Source: Macrostomum lignano (lineage: Eukaryota). From it: 64,000 nucleotides of DNA. Numbering within the stretch: the first letter of the stretch is position 1; the number at the start of each line of letters is the position of its first letter. Shown piece after piece: positions 11,768-24,800 of this stretch. The notes beneath the pieces were generated by a model, which was given only the letters and a program-made list of their open reading frames with translations, did not search any database and was not told the origin of the DNA. The stretch spans positions 1 through 64,000 of the forward strand of contig NIVC01003743.1 of assembly GCA_002269645.1 (NCBI GenBank), in the 5' to 3' direction. Both the position numbers and the translations under genes were made by a program.

Positions 11768-13530
11768 ACTGACTCCGCTCCCTCCCCAGACAAATGCTTC
11801 TTACTACTCGTATTGGACTTTATAATTTAATTAAGCTATTTTCTATGATCCCGATTTCAACAAAACAATATCGTTAGTTTTACTATTATGGGTTTCTGAC
11901 CAATTTTACTACTATAATAAGACTATGTTGTTACATCGCATTTATCTGTAAGTTACTAACGGGAACTTTTGTAATGACGTCCAAGTTGGTTGGTACACGA
12001 AAACTTTGCAATTTTTGTTGGTCATTGTTTAATATTGTTGCTAGGGGAAACACTACTGCTTAGGACTAAGGACCTTGCTGTCGTAGTTTACTTCGCTGTC
12101 ATACCGTAATCATTTTTGTCGTATGTTTCTGCGTCTAACTCCCTCTTGTCTACCCAGTGAACTTTTTTGTTTAAATTTGGGTGTAGCTTTATCACTACTA
12201 CTATTACTGAAGTAACTAGTAGCTTAAATTTCTATAGCGTTCTACCTTTTGTTGAATTGTGTTATTTTCACATTGGCGAAGTTATTAATGTTTAATGATA
12301 ATAATAATAATTTCTTTATGTTCATTTGTTTTTATGTATCAATGTCTATACGAATAACGTCAACTTAACATAAAGTTGTTGAATGCAATAAAAAGCTTTC
12401 GATAGCTTTAATTGCTATGTGGCTCGACCAGAACATTTGACACCGAATTGTCCGTTTTTATTGGCTATCAAATATTTTAAAATACTGGCTTTTATAATTC
12501 TGCGAAGCGCATATTCGCCCTGTTATCTTACTTAAGCTGTACAAGATCTTCATCCAATAAAGCAATTGCTATGAATGTACATGTGGTTAAACTATAACTA
12601 CTAAAGTATTTGTTAGATCAGCCTTTGGTCACAATCAACAAAAAGTTTCGGTTTACCCCCCTATGTTGTATTTTTCTGAAATCTTAAACCTGTAAATGTT
12701 AGTTATGGGAGATCCCCGTTGTTCAGCTTTAAGTTCCTTGGATTTATTGATCAGTGAGTGAACTTGTAGCCAATTATTCAAAAAATAAGGGCGTGAAGGC
12801 GGTGCTTCTTTTTATTTCGTCTTGTTCAGTAGTTTTCCGTGTGGAAAATTAGGCTTGAGTAATATGGAGTGCCGGGTACTTTTATTTAAACAATTTCGTT
12901 AAAAAATAATTCGAGAAGTATGTATGCAAGAGTCTAAAAATTTCTAATATAGGGTTGTTTACGCGGAACTTTCTAGGTTGAATACTATATCCTACATGTT
13001 ATTGTTTGGTGTTCGGAATCTTGACTACACAGGGCATGCAAACTGAAGCTCGTAATACTGTTTTACATTAAAGACACTATTTATACATTTAGGCGCATCA
13101 CTAATGCGATCTACCATGTCAAGCAAAGAAATCCGGATTTTTTGAATGAATACTATACTTAAACAAGTAATAATAATTTAATTTAGCAAAACTTTTTAAA
13201 TAGTTTCAGAAAAGTTATTATTTTTATATTGCGATTTATTTTCTACTGAAGTTTTAATAACGGTTTTAAAAAATATAACTCTTTGCCGTTGGCATATGAA
13301 ATTTGTTTTTAGACCATGGTCACATGTCTGATTTTAATTCCCGATTTCGAAGTTACCATATTCAATACAAGGACGACTTTCAATTACATTTTAAAGCTTA
13401 AATGTAAAATGATATACAGGTAGATGTGCAGCTCACTGGTTTTTAGAATAAATTGTAAAAAATGTTCAATGAGTTCAGTAACTTTGGTGAGATTTTAAAC
13501 GATTGATAATTAATTTAAGGTGCCCTATAT

Positions 13531-13820
13531 GGTAATGGCTAGAGTTCCGGCACCGGAACCCGTTTTCTAACAGCTATGGATCCGGCAGTGCCGTATAAAA
13601 GCATACAAAAACACTACTAAGAACATATCTTAAGAAGTCTGAACATTAGAAGCATCTTGTTTCGAATCTTATCATATCGTCTTGAATCTTATATAGAACA
13701 AAATCTCAATATCAGCCACATGTAGAAAGAAAAATATTATGTTCTGTTTTTATTATAATGCACTGCCGGATCCATAGACGTTAGAAAACAGGTTCCGGTG
13801 CCGGAACTCTAGCCATTGCC
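13531..13820. mobile_element. MITE with ~65-bp TIRs, superfamily unassigned
   Basis: GGTAATGGCTAGAGTTCCGGCACCGGAACC...GGATCCGGCAGTGC is mirrored by GCACTGCCGGATCC...GGTTCCGGTGCCGGAACTCTAGCCATTGCC. No clean TSD. Confidence 0.8.
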
Positions 13821-14153
13821 ATTTATAATCATTAATTAATTAATTAATTATATCTTATAGGTGATAGGCCCCTATATGATTTAAATTAAGATGACAATAT
13901 ATTAAACTAGGCCAAATCAGTATAAATTTGTAATTTACTTAAGCCTACTTTGCCTTATCTTTGGCCTTATGGACCAGCTATCCAATATATAATATGGCCT
14001 ATGTCCTATAGCCCATAGTCAGAAAGGTGTCCAGTGTATGCAGGAACTAATTCTAGGCAAAATTAAGCCTGTACGCCAATGTACGCCAATTTTTTAGCCT
14101 CATTTTGAACATTACGCTGTATGTAGTAGTAGTAGTAGTAGTAGTAGTAGTAA

Positions 14154-16745
14154 CCCAGTGAAAAATGATTTATGGATTCCACGTGGGTTCCACGTGGCCA
14201 TGTAGAATTTAAATGTTTCTTTAATTTTTGCAAATTAATGACTTAAAGATGACATAATGGTATGCAAAGTATTTTTTATGCATTATTTTTTTATTTTTAC
14301 TGTCCTAATGTTGATGTGGATTTTACAAGGAATTCAAGAGAAATAAGCGTATATTGATTCAACATGGAATCCACTTCGATAAAAAACTGTGATACACCAC
14401 ATTCAGACGTTTTTATGAAATTACTATAATAAATTATTATATTTATATCCTTTTAAGTAAAAATTAATATCTTAAAGCTAAATTATAATCGGACAATAAG
14501 ACACTGTTTGTTAAAATAGACAAAATAGAAGTAAACAATAAAAAACGTTTCGTGCTTTTTAAAATGAAATTAATTTTATTTTATATTTGTCAATGTCTTG
14601 GTTCAAGGCCTTGAAACATAAATTGCCTTGTTTATGGCTATTTAAGCACCTTAAAAATTTTAGTAGACCTAGCCTATAGGCAATAACTTATAAGGCCATG
14701 GCCTCCATGGGATTAGAAATTAGATAAATCAGTATTTTATCATAGATAGGCCTAATACTTTTGGTAAAATCCATGATAAATTTATTTAGGCTTATCCAAT
14801 TTCTAGGAATCCCATGGCCATGTCCATAGATTGGCTACTCGTTTTTTAACTTGAATAGGCCTTTAGAAGTTCATAATTTCCTCTTAGTCCTACCTATCTA
14901 TTTATATGTATGCTCATTAGGCCTATTTTAAGCTAGGCCTATAACTATCAATTTAGCCTAAAATTTAGGTCCTTCTATTTTAATTAAGGTTAGGACTAGC
15001 TTGACTTTGTGAATTGTGACTAGTCAATCTAGTTAATCTGTTAAAAATCTATTAATTTATGATTTTCTTCAAAAAAGCCTATTAGCATCTTTTGGACTTG
15101 TTGCATTTTTTAAAAACAATTTTTCTCTAATCAATTGCATACAAACAAGCAAGATTTTCATTTTTAATATATGGATATTATTAATTATAATAAATAATTC
15201 TTTGCAATTACACTTGCAACTTGCTTTTGGCATAGCTAGCCTAGCAGACCCCTAAGGTTGTTATTATAAATAAGTATTAAATTATTGTAAATTTGATCTG
15301 ATTTAGGCCAAGACCAGAATTTAATAGCCATAGGGCATAGCTATTTAGGCTTAGGCCGCTTAGGCCTAATGTTTAATCATACTAGGCTAGCAAATATAAA
15401 AAACATGCATTGCTTTGCCTAAATACTTTATAGTCTAAAATCAATTTTAAAATAAAAAATTAAATTTATAGAAACATTTATTAATTCTTTTTGTACTTAT
15501 TATTTTATTGGTAATTTTATTGATTGACTTAGGTAGAGTTTTCTTTTTTGCTAGAGACAAGGTGCAAAATCATACCCTATGCTTACTTTCAGGGTTTTAT
15601 AATTTTAAGGCTTAGAATGCAGTTTCTCTTTTTTCTTATATGAAGGCAGTGCAAATAAGGCTTCAACAAAAAATAGGTAATGAGATCGCACCTAAACTGT
15701 ATCCACTTTTTATTTTCAATTTTCAAGGTGGGATTTTAAAATTTAGGGTGCATATGCATAGTTTGCGCATAAAAAATAAACCTAGGACTTAGGCCTAGTT
15801 AATTTTAAAATAAACTTTTTTTATAATATAAGTATTCATCAATAAATTAGTTTTATGAATTATATCAATATTATTTATCAATCTTAATTGGCAACAATTA
15901 TTTTTCTATTTTATTTCAGCCTAACATTACATGGCCCATCCTCAAACTTGGATGTCACCTTGGTCTTGCATTTGAAGAAGCTTGCAAAGCTACTTGGAAT
16001 TTGAATTTAATATCTCAAATGCTACCTTTTGTGAAGCAATGGTAAGTTTTAGTTATAAACTGATTTTTTTCTGTCATCAAAATCTATCAAAATCTATTAT
16101 AAAATCTGTCATCAATCTGTTATAAAATTCTGTAATTTAAACCCTTTCTTTTCTAAGGTTGCTCACCTGACCTGAAGAAGCAGCATTCTGGCAATTGGCA
16201 GCAGCATGTTTTTGACTGTTCTAATTCTGATGCATTATATTATTGTTAATTAATTAATGCTATTGACAATGTCAATTTCAAATTATATATTATATCATAT
16301 GCGCAGTGCAACTCTAAAGATATCAATATTTACATCAGTGTGTTTATTCTTTGTGTGCCAATGACTCACTACTGTACATAAATACACCTTACATCGTTTT
16401 TAAATATTGAATTTTGAATTTTTGTGCAGAAATATTTTTGGCTATAGCTAGTGTTTTATCTGTGTTTCAGTTTCTTTTATATGGTATTGAGATCTGGGGT
16501 TCGTATGAAATTTTGAGATCTGGTATTATTTTGAGATTTAGGATGCAACAATTTATTATGGCAACCAGTATAATGGCTGCTTACTCAATGACAATGTGGA
16601 TTCTATGTGAAATACATAATTACTTCCATATGGATCTTCCATGTGGAATCCATATCTTGATTCCACATGGATGGACGGAGACAAATGCACATATGGATTT
16701 CATATGAAAAATCCACATGGAATCCATATCATTTTTTTCACTGGG
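14154..16745. mobile_element. Non-autonomous CMC/EnSpm-like DNA transposon, ~2.6 kb
   Basis: Ends CCCAGTGAAAAATGA..TATGGATTCCAC and GGAATCCATATCATTTTTTTCACTGGG. 2-bp AA flanks on both sides and subterminal TTCCAYRTGG repeats. CCCAG ends with a 2-bp TSD fit animal EnSpm elements. Confidence 0.7.
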
Positions 16746-17681
16746 AAGTTGGCTCAAGCAAGAAGCCTGTTTGGCCAGTATATTTCTGTGTATTTAAGTT
16801 ATTTTAGTATTAGTTGTTTAAATACGATCAAGTTCAAAAGGTTAAATTTGTTCAAAAGGTTAAATTTTTACACGAGTTACGATGCAAGTCACGATATTTG
16901 TAAAATTATTAAGGTATTTGAAAGAGCGTTTTTTGTAAAAAGATGTATTTTGCAAGTGCGCAATATTTCAAAGCGTGAAAAACAAAAGAAAAATGAACAA
17001 AAATGTGAACAAAAACGAACTTCAAAAGAACTTTACGTTAAACGAATAACGACGATTTGAATAGGTATTAGATAGGAAACTAATTAAATACTAATTAAAT
17101 GCTAATTAAAAAAAATTGAAAACAGAAACAAATAAAACAATACTTTTTTCACAAAAGTGCAAAATAACAATCTTTAGAAATAGTTTTCCATTATCTGCTT
17201 ACTTTTTATTATTCTTTAATTTTTTCAATGGCTTTAAATCAGCAAAGACATACGATACAACGCAAATGAGATTGAATATGATTTGTAAAAAAGGTGACAG
17301 TGCTTGCTTACATACGCGGACAGTGGTTATGATGCCGCCAGTAAAATTGGTACGTCAATTTTGTTGTTCTGTTGTGTGTGTACGCAGATACGCAGATACA
17401 CTAGTTTTCTAAAGATCTGTACGCCGAAACTGATTTTAACGGCCAAGTGTACGTAGGAATATTCTTGCGTACGGACACCTTCCTGACTATGGCCTATAGC
17501 TTGTATGGTATAGGAGTCAGGACTAAGACTACTAGACATTAAGACTGACTACCACACTTGAAAAGCTGGGGGAGGAATTTGGCTCAATGTGTTATTGAAT
17601 TGAATGGTGCTAGAGAGATAAGTGGGTAAGAAAGCCAGCAGTACAAGCCTAGGCCTACAAGAGAGGAACCTTTAAAAGAAT

Positions 17682-18335
17682 GGCAGTGCTTATTTAGCCG
17701 GCACCGGTCAAATAAGCGCGTCACTATTTAGCCGGCAGTCCTGCCCCATTGCCGGTCAAATAAGCGCGTCACTATTTATCTGGCAGGCCTGCCCAACTGC
17801 CGGTCAAATAAGCCCGTCACTATTTAGCCGGCAGTCCTGCCCCACTGCCGGTCAAATAAGCCCGTCACTATTTAGCCGGCAGTCCTGCCCCAGTCCTGCT
17901 GCCGGTCAAATAAGCCCGTCACTATTTAGCCGGCAGTCCTGCCCCACTGCCGGTCAAATTAATAAGCTATAACCCATTCATCCAAGCGATCCTTGCCCTC
18001 TCGTGTGCTACAGACAGTATACATGTACAGTATGGCCAGGGCCCACAACTAGGACGTATTAAACATTCGCCGACACTTATTCAGACACTTCTACAGACAC
18101 TTTAGTTTCTGTCGTACGAATCGTAGGAACAAGCATTAAATTTGTTTATTGCCGGCTAAATAGTGACGAGCTTATTTGACCGGCAGTGGGGCAGGACTGC
18201 CGGCTAAATAGTGATGGGCTTATTTGACCAGCAGTGGGGCAGGACTGCCGGCTAAATAGTGACGGGCTTATTTGACCGGTGCCGGCTAAATAGTAGCGAA
18301 CTTATTCGACCGGTGCCGGCTAAATAAGCACTGCC
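17682..18335. mobile_element. MULE/Foldback-type non-autonomous element with internally repetitive arms
   Basis: TIR GGCAGTGCTTATTTAGCCGGCACCGGTC / GACCGGTGCCGGCTAAATAAGCACTGCC. Perfect 9-bp TSD TAAAAGAAT (17673-17681, 18336-18344). Arms made of ~50-bp repeats in inverted orientation. Confidence 0.9.
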
Positions 18336-19307
18336 TAAAAGAATAGCAATGCTAGAAGATTAATAGCTCTCCCTCAATACCAAGGTATCCATGCATTTTG
18401 GTGCTCTAGATTGCTTTTTGGTATTTCAGTTTAAAACACCAAAATAATATTAAAAAGAAATTCTATAAGTATAACAAATATATAAATACTTTACAAAATG
18501 TTCAATATTCATAATAAAAGCAGTAGGCCTATTCATTTCGTTAAACTGGCATGTTTCTTAAATTTATAAAAATCCATTCAATTTAATTGCATGCATTTGC
18601 TTGCTGTATCTTAATATACAATATAAGCTAGCTGCTAGTGCTATGAAGACTTAGTTAGGTAAAGTTAAAATTTATCAGCTGAGATATGGCTAGCAATATT
18701 ACAGTAGGCCTCAATTGAATCAAGAAATCAAGAGTCTGGTCAGAGAAAAAAAATTAAATCAAAATAAAATAAAACCATTTTTAAATTAAAAAAAACATTA
18801 AGTCAGCTTAACAAAATGAATAGTAGGGCCTACCTTAGTTTTTTTACAGTAAGTGAGTAAATGAGCTAAATTAAGACTGAATTTCTATATTTTTGTGTAT
18901 AATTCTTATCTCTACATATAAAAATCAAAACTCTGTGTGTGTGTCTATGTACAAATTACTTCGCTATAGACTCCCATACTGCTCAACCAAATTACACCAA
19001 ACTTTACACCCACCCTAAAATTACTACGGAGAATGTCTTAGGCTACCTTTAAATTTCCTAGACTCAAGTCTTCCTATCTAAAAGTATAAAAAGCTGCTCA
19101 AAATGTGTGGTTTTTTCACTAAATCCTCCATAGTACCACTCCACATCTACCAATCCTCTTCAAATTTGACACAGACAATCCTCAACTATTTTGGCACAAT
19201 CATGTAAAATTTAGAGTCTCAAAGTTAATCTTGAATGGTGCTATGCACTTTTAAAGTTAGGCTGTTTTTTTCAGTGTAGCAACTACCCCAACCTCTGCCT
19301 GCCTGCC

Positions 19308-19602
19308 CATACATGCGCAACCTCCGAAATTCAGTCGGCCATGCGACTTAGTTTTAACAAAAATGCGACATAGTTTTTGGCCAAAATGCGACTTAGATGT
19401 AAAAAAACCCTAGAGCAAAATTAACGCAACTTTGGGTAAACGGCAGGAGTAACTATGACTGTCTTATTAAACCAAAATGCCTCGTCAGCTACTTAGTACT
19501 ACTACTTTGTTATTTTTTGGGTGGGCATTTTGCGACTTCCTTGGTTGGCCGCCAAATTGGTGGGCCAAATCGGCCGACTCGGCCGACTGTTGCGCATGTA
19601 TG
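19308..19602. mobile_element. 295-bp hAT-type MITE carrying a 28S rRNA fragment
   Basis: Perfect 14-bp TIR CATACATGCGCAAC / GTTGCGCATGTATG. Perfect 8-bp TSD TGCCTGCC (19300-19307, 19603-19610). Subterminal ATGCGAC(T/A)TAG repeats. Confidence 0.92.
19434..19497 (+). other. Degenerate 28S rRNA fragment (R2/I-PpoI target region), copy 2
   Basis: 54/64 ungapped identity to the recalled GGGTAAACGGCGGGAGTAACTATGACTCTCTTAAGGTAGCCAAATGCCTCGTCATCTAATTAGT. Six of the ten mismatches fall in positions 34-41. Confidence 0.9.
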
Positions 19603-21169
19603 TGCCTGCCTCTCTTTCCCGATCCCAATCTGGGCCCAGATATGTAAAAGAGTTTCAAAATTGACTAACTTTCAGCTGCCATAAATTTGCTCCACGTGAA
19701 GCGATTGACTTCAAACTTGACACAATTCTTCATTGACTCATTCTTTATCTAAATGTAGAGTTTCAACTCTGTAACTCAACCAAAAAAGAAACTGTAAGCA
19801 TTTGAAGTTTGTCTGCTTTTTCTGTTGTTTGTGCCACTCACTCACTCATTCTCCCAGAGCCAGACCAAGGGTCAAGCAATAAGGCTGAATGTACATGGCA
19901 ATGTATAGTGTTTTGGAATAGCTTTGTTTATGGCTTTCTCTACACCCTGTGGAGAGGCTATGTTTAGTCATCTATAACAGTTTAGTGAGTAGCATTGTCC
20001 TCTGTATAGGCTCTGTATACATTAGAAAATTTTTATATTCATTTTGTTTTCGTAACTGATATGCATTGCGTACAGTCAATAAATTATAATATAATTGTTG
20101 TTTTACTTTGCACTTTTTAGAACATCATTTTAAAATGATTATTCTTGCATTTATTCTTATTGTACCTTAATGATAAAAAAATGATAAAGTAAAAATTCTA
20201 GTTCAATAAATCATAGAAATAAATAAATGCTTCATGTTTATTTTTTCATAGACCAATGTATAATACTATTTTATTTGTTAGTCTATGGCATTTTGATTGA
20301 CTTGAAGTACTTGTTCAAATAAATGACAAAAGTTTTCATTTTTATACCTTATAATATCTTATGAATAGGAGCAGCTTTTAAAAAATAAATTATATTTTCT
20401 AATGTTAACATTTAATATGTTTAAGATTACATTTAACTTTAGCATAGTTTATAACAATTTACAATCAAAGTTGGTTAATTTTTGCATTGATAGCAAAATT
20501 TTAACACTTTATAAAACTTGTATTAGCTTCTACTATTCCCTATGAGAAGGTATATATACTAGTAATATTATACTTTCTAAAGGCATTCAAAGTATTTTTT
20601 AACTGTTTAAACTGTTTATTATCTATCATAAATATGCATAAATGCTTGGCATTCTTCAATATATTTTAATGGAAAAATATACCTTTAGAATATAGAAAAC
20701 TTTTAGCTAATATTCATAAAATATTAGTAATAAAAATATAATATTTACTCTTTTTCATGCCTTTAAATATTGTTTTACCAAATGTACCTTAACACTGCAA
20801 AGCTATAATAATGTCTTTATCAAAACAAAAAATGAAAATAATTTAGATGTATTAAAGTAATGATCCTAAAATGAATTGCTTAGCAACTATACAATATTAT
20901 TCTATTACAAAGCATTTTAAAAACTTTTTTCAGATAGCTTAAATGTTGCAAAGTTTTTCTCAATACATTAGTATAATACTTTTGTTTAGTTAGAAAATTG
21001 ATTGGTTTTATCCAAAAGACAAACCAGTAATGATGATGACTCACTAATTCCTATATTCAAAAGAATAATTACGAGTCATATACTATCATAATTACTAAAA
21101 TTATGGAATGCCCCACACAGTTGCTGCATTAGTGCCACAATATATACATGCCAAAATCTTACTAATATT

Positions 21170-21485
21170 ATTTGCAGGTGGGTTGCAGGAACCCTGAGGC
21201 AATTCTGCCCATTCCACTGACTCTTGAGCTATATGCAGGCATGCATATGTACACCTTCTCACACAGGGTGTACAGTGACCCTGACTTCCTTATCATCAGG
21301 CATGTACACTCTTTTCCTTGGGGGTTGGTCCTCATGTTTGTGAATGGCATAACATCCCCTGGCCAATTTTTGTGCACACAAGCCGCAAGCCCAAATGAAT
21401 GTGGCCACACATTGAATCAAACCAAGGGGTCATGGGGTAAAAGTCAGACACATTTATTGCTATGCTAAGCTACTCTTTCCCATGA
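21170..21485 (-). mobile_element. Near full-length family 2 SINE
   Basis: Reverse strand reads a degenerate tRNA head, GGCCACATTCATTTGGG, GAGTGTACATGCCTGA and GGAATGGGCAGAATTGCCTCA, colinear with 2537-2896. Confidence 0.7.
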
Positions 21486-21899
21486 CAATCTCTTTGCTGT
21501 GCCAACCAGTCTAAACATGCGCCATATGATTGGATGCCATTTGTTAACTTATTTTAATAGAGATTTTGTTAGATGCTATTCAGCATTTCAAATGTCTGTA
21601 GTAGTCAATTTAGAATTTTAAATCGCTATTACATTGCACTATTGTGTACTGTGCACGTGTTGGCCACATTGAGTGTCGTATTTTTAGCAGCAAGCTTATA
21701 CAATATACCGGGCAAATCACTCTGCTTGATACCATTAGCACTGATCAGCCAATCAGCGATCTGGTAGTTGATCAAATTATTCTAAATAATGAAGCTGTGG
21801 ATCAATGCTGTGTATAAATACTCGTACTGTCGTACGCTCATATACAGAAAACAGCCAATGTTTAGATTAATCCATTTTTAATGGCATTAAATATAAATT

Positions 21900-24800
21900 A
21901 TGGAGCCTCAGCTGCGAGCGACATGCTTCAAAAAGCGACTGTGCCATCGGTATCTGCTGCGCAGCAGTGGCAGCTCCGTCTCCAATCACCCTCACCTTCA
22001 GCAGCAGCAGCCACATCAACATCGCAGCGACATTGTTGCCACCGTCGATAGTTTGCATTCTCAAGTGTGCCAGTCGCCACCAACTTACATTACAGTCTCT
22101 TCATCGTCTACTGCGTTTCCTTCTAGTTCCTTATTTTCTTCTCAATCTCCGAGTTTGCCTTCCCGTCTGTCGCAAAGCGTTTCTTCTTGGCCAGACGCTT
22201 CCAAGATGGCCGCCTCGCTCTCTGCTAATGCAGTCGTCTCGATGTCTCCACCGACAAGACGGTCGCCGCGTTGGTGGCCGTGCAACGTCTGCGGTCGTAG
22301 ATTTCAACGCAGTGATCTGCTTCGCAGGCACGCCCGAAGTCATTCTGGTCGACGTGACTACCTGTGTGAAGAGTGCGGTCAGGCTTTTGCTAGGTGAGGC
22401 TTCTCAGTTAAGTGTATAACTATTAATGTGAACAAATTAGTGCTTGTCATTCTGTTATTTTTACCCTTTATCAAATCTGAGTAGGCGCTACCCTTCATCA
22501 AATCTGAGTAGGCGCTACCCTTCATCGAATCTGAGTAGGCGCTACCCTTCATCGAATCTGAGTAGGCGCTAGCCTTCATCGAATCTGATAGGCGCTAGCC
22601 TTCATCGAATCTGAGTAGGCGCTACCCTTCATCAAATCTGAGTAGGCGCTACCCTTCATCGAATCTGAGTAGGCGCTACCCTTCATCGAATCTGAGTAGG
22701 CGCTAGCCTTCATCGAATCTGATAGGCGCTAGCCTTCATCGAATCTGAGTAGGCGCTACCCTTCATCAAATCTGAGTAGGCGCTACCCTTCATCGAATCT
22801 GAGTAGGCGCTACCCTTCATCGAATCTGAGTAGGCGCTACCCTTCATCGAATCTGAGTAGGCGCTAGCCTTCATCGAATCTGATAGGCGCTACCCTTCAT
22901 CGAATTCGAATCTGAGTAGGCGCTAGCCTTCATCGAATCTGAGTAGGCGCTAACCTTCATCAAATCTGAGTAGGCGCTACCCTTCATCGAATCTGAGTAG
23001 GCGCTACCCTTCATCGAATCTGAGTAGGCGCTACCGTTTATCGAATCTGAGTAGGCGCTACCCTTCATCAAAACTGAGTAGGCGCTACCCTTTATTCTCA
23101 AATCAATTTATGTATTATGTATGTAAACAACAACATTAGTGGCAAAAATAAGGGTGTTGTTGTGACGCTAAGTGCTTATTTATAGAAAACTTACTTGAAT
23201 TAATTTATAAATTTAGAGTACTGACGTAGATCAGTTTGATTTATCACCAGCTAGTTTCATTCTGTTAGGCCAGCTCATACGCTACTTGTTTGGCTGCACA
23301 AAGCGAGACGTTCTTTACCATACCATTTTTGAAGTTTGTGCATGAGGTTGTTTGTGTTTTCCGTGTTTACTTCCTAGTAGAGTTGCCAAGTTAAGAGTCA
23401 ACCAGTTTCTTGTAAAGAGCCGGTAGGGGGGGGGGCGACAATGACTCAACACGGCTGATCCTAACTGCTTCAACACCGGCTGAGGTTGGGAAGAAGACGG
23501 AGCATTTTAATTGTTAGCTCACACACCCTTCTAGTGTATATTTATCATATAAGTAAATAAAGGTTAGGCAAAGGTCAGCCAGGCATTGTAACCGCGTTGC
23601 AACGGATCAGTTCATAACAGTGCGCTCTCGTAGTTCAAATTGTGAGCTAATGATTTTGGTTTAGTGCAACCAAAGCTGTTCTGTCTGCCTGACCTTTGAT
23701 TTGCTTGGATGAAAAGCCTTTTGGGGCAAAGGTTAAACTGAATGGAATTTGACCTTACTATCGGTGCAGCCTACTGCAGAGATGAAAATTTGTTTTGGAT
23801 TTTATTACACACAGTTCCTACCAATGATGACAAATATTGACCTCAGTTGACCTCGCAACTGCATTCATTCATGCATCTGGGCCACGATCCATTATCAAAC
23901 TTTATTAATTCTCAGAAATGAGGCTGGGACAAACCATGATATAAGTGGGCGATAACCGATCATAGTATTGTAAGAGTAGGTGGGCGATGACCAACCATGA
24001 TATGATATTTAGACTCAAAGGGCGATGACCGATCATGATAAATGGACACAAAGAGTGATGACCGATCATCATAAACAGACACAAAGGGTGATGACCGATC
24101 ATTATAAGCAGACACAAAGGGTGATGACCGATCATGATAAATAGACACAAAGAGTGATGACCGATCATGATAAATAGACACAAAGAGTGATGACCGATCA
24201 TGATAAATAGACACAAAGAGTGATGACCGATCATGATAAATAGACACAAAGAGTGATGACCGATCATGATAAATAGACACAAAGAGTGATGACCGATCAT
24301 GATAAATAGACACAAAGAGTGATGACCGATCATGATAAATAGACACAAAGAGTGATGACCGATCATGATAAATAGACACAAAGAGTGATGACCGATCATG
24401 ATAAATAGACACAAAGAGTGATGACCGATCATGATAAATAGACACAAAGAGTGATGACCGATCATGATAAATAGACACAAAGGGTGATGACCGATCATGA
24501 TAAATAGACACAAAGAGTGATGACCGATCATGATAAATAGACACAAAGAGTGATGACCGATCATGATAAATTAGACACAAAGGGCGATGACCGATCATGA
24601 TAAACAGACATATAGGGCGATGACCGATCATGATAAACAGACACATACGGCGATGACCGATCATGATAAACAGACATATAGGGCGATGACCGATCATGAT
24701 AAACAGACACAGAAGGTGATGACCGATCATGATAAACAGACACATACGGCGATGACCGATCATGATAAACAGACATATAGGGCGATGACCGATCATGATA

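Larger units (their letters stand above)
18909..19880 (+). mobile_element. Helitron-like non-autonomous element (3' end uncertain), interrupted by a hAT MITE
   Basis: A|TCTCTACATATAAAAATCAAAACTCTGTGTGTGTGTCTATGT start, typical of animal non-autonomous Helitrons. Recurrent CAAA(C/T)TTGACACA motifs. No clear CTAG 3' end seen. Confidence 0.4.

Noticed and set aside
16414-17060. ORFs 16414-16707 and 16641-17060
   Set aside because: AT-rich frames crossing the EnSpm-like right terminus, with no protein motif.
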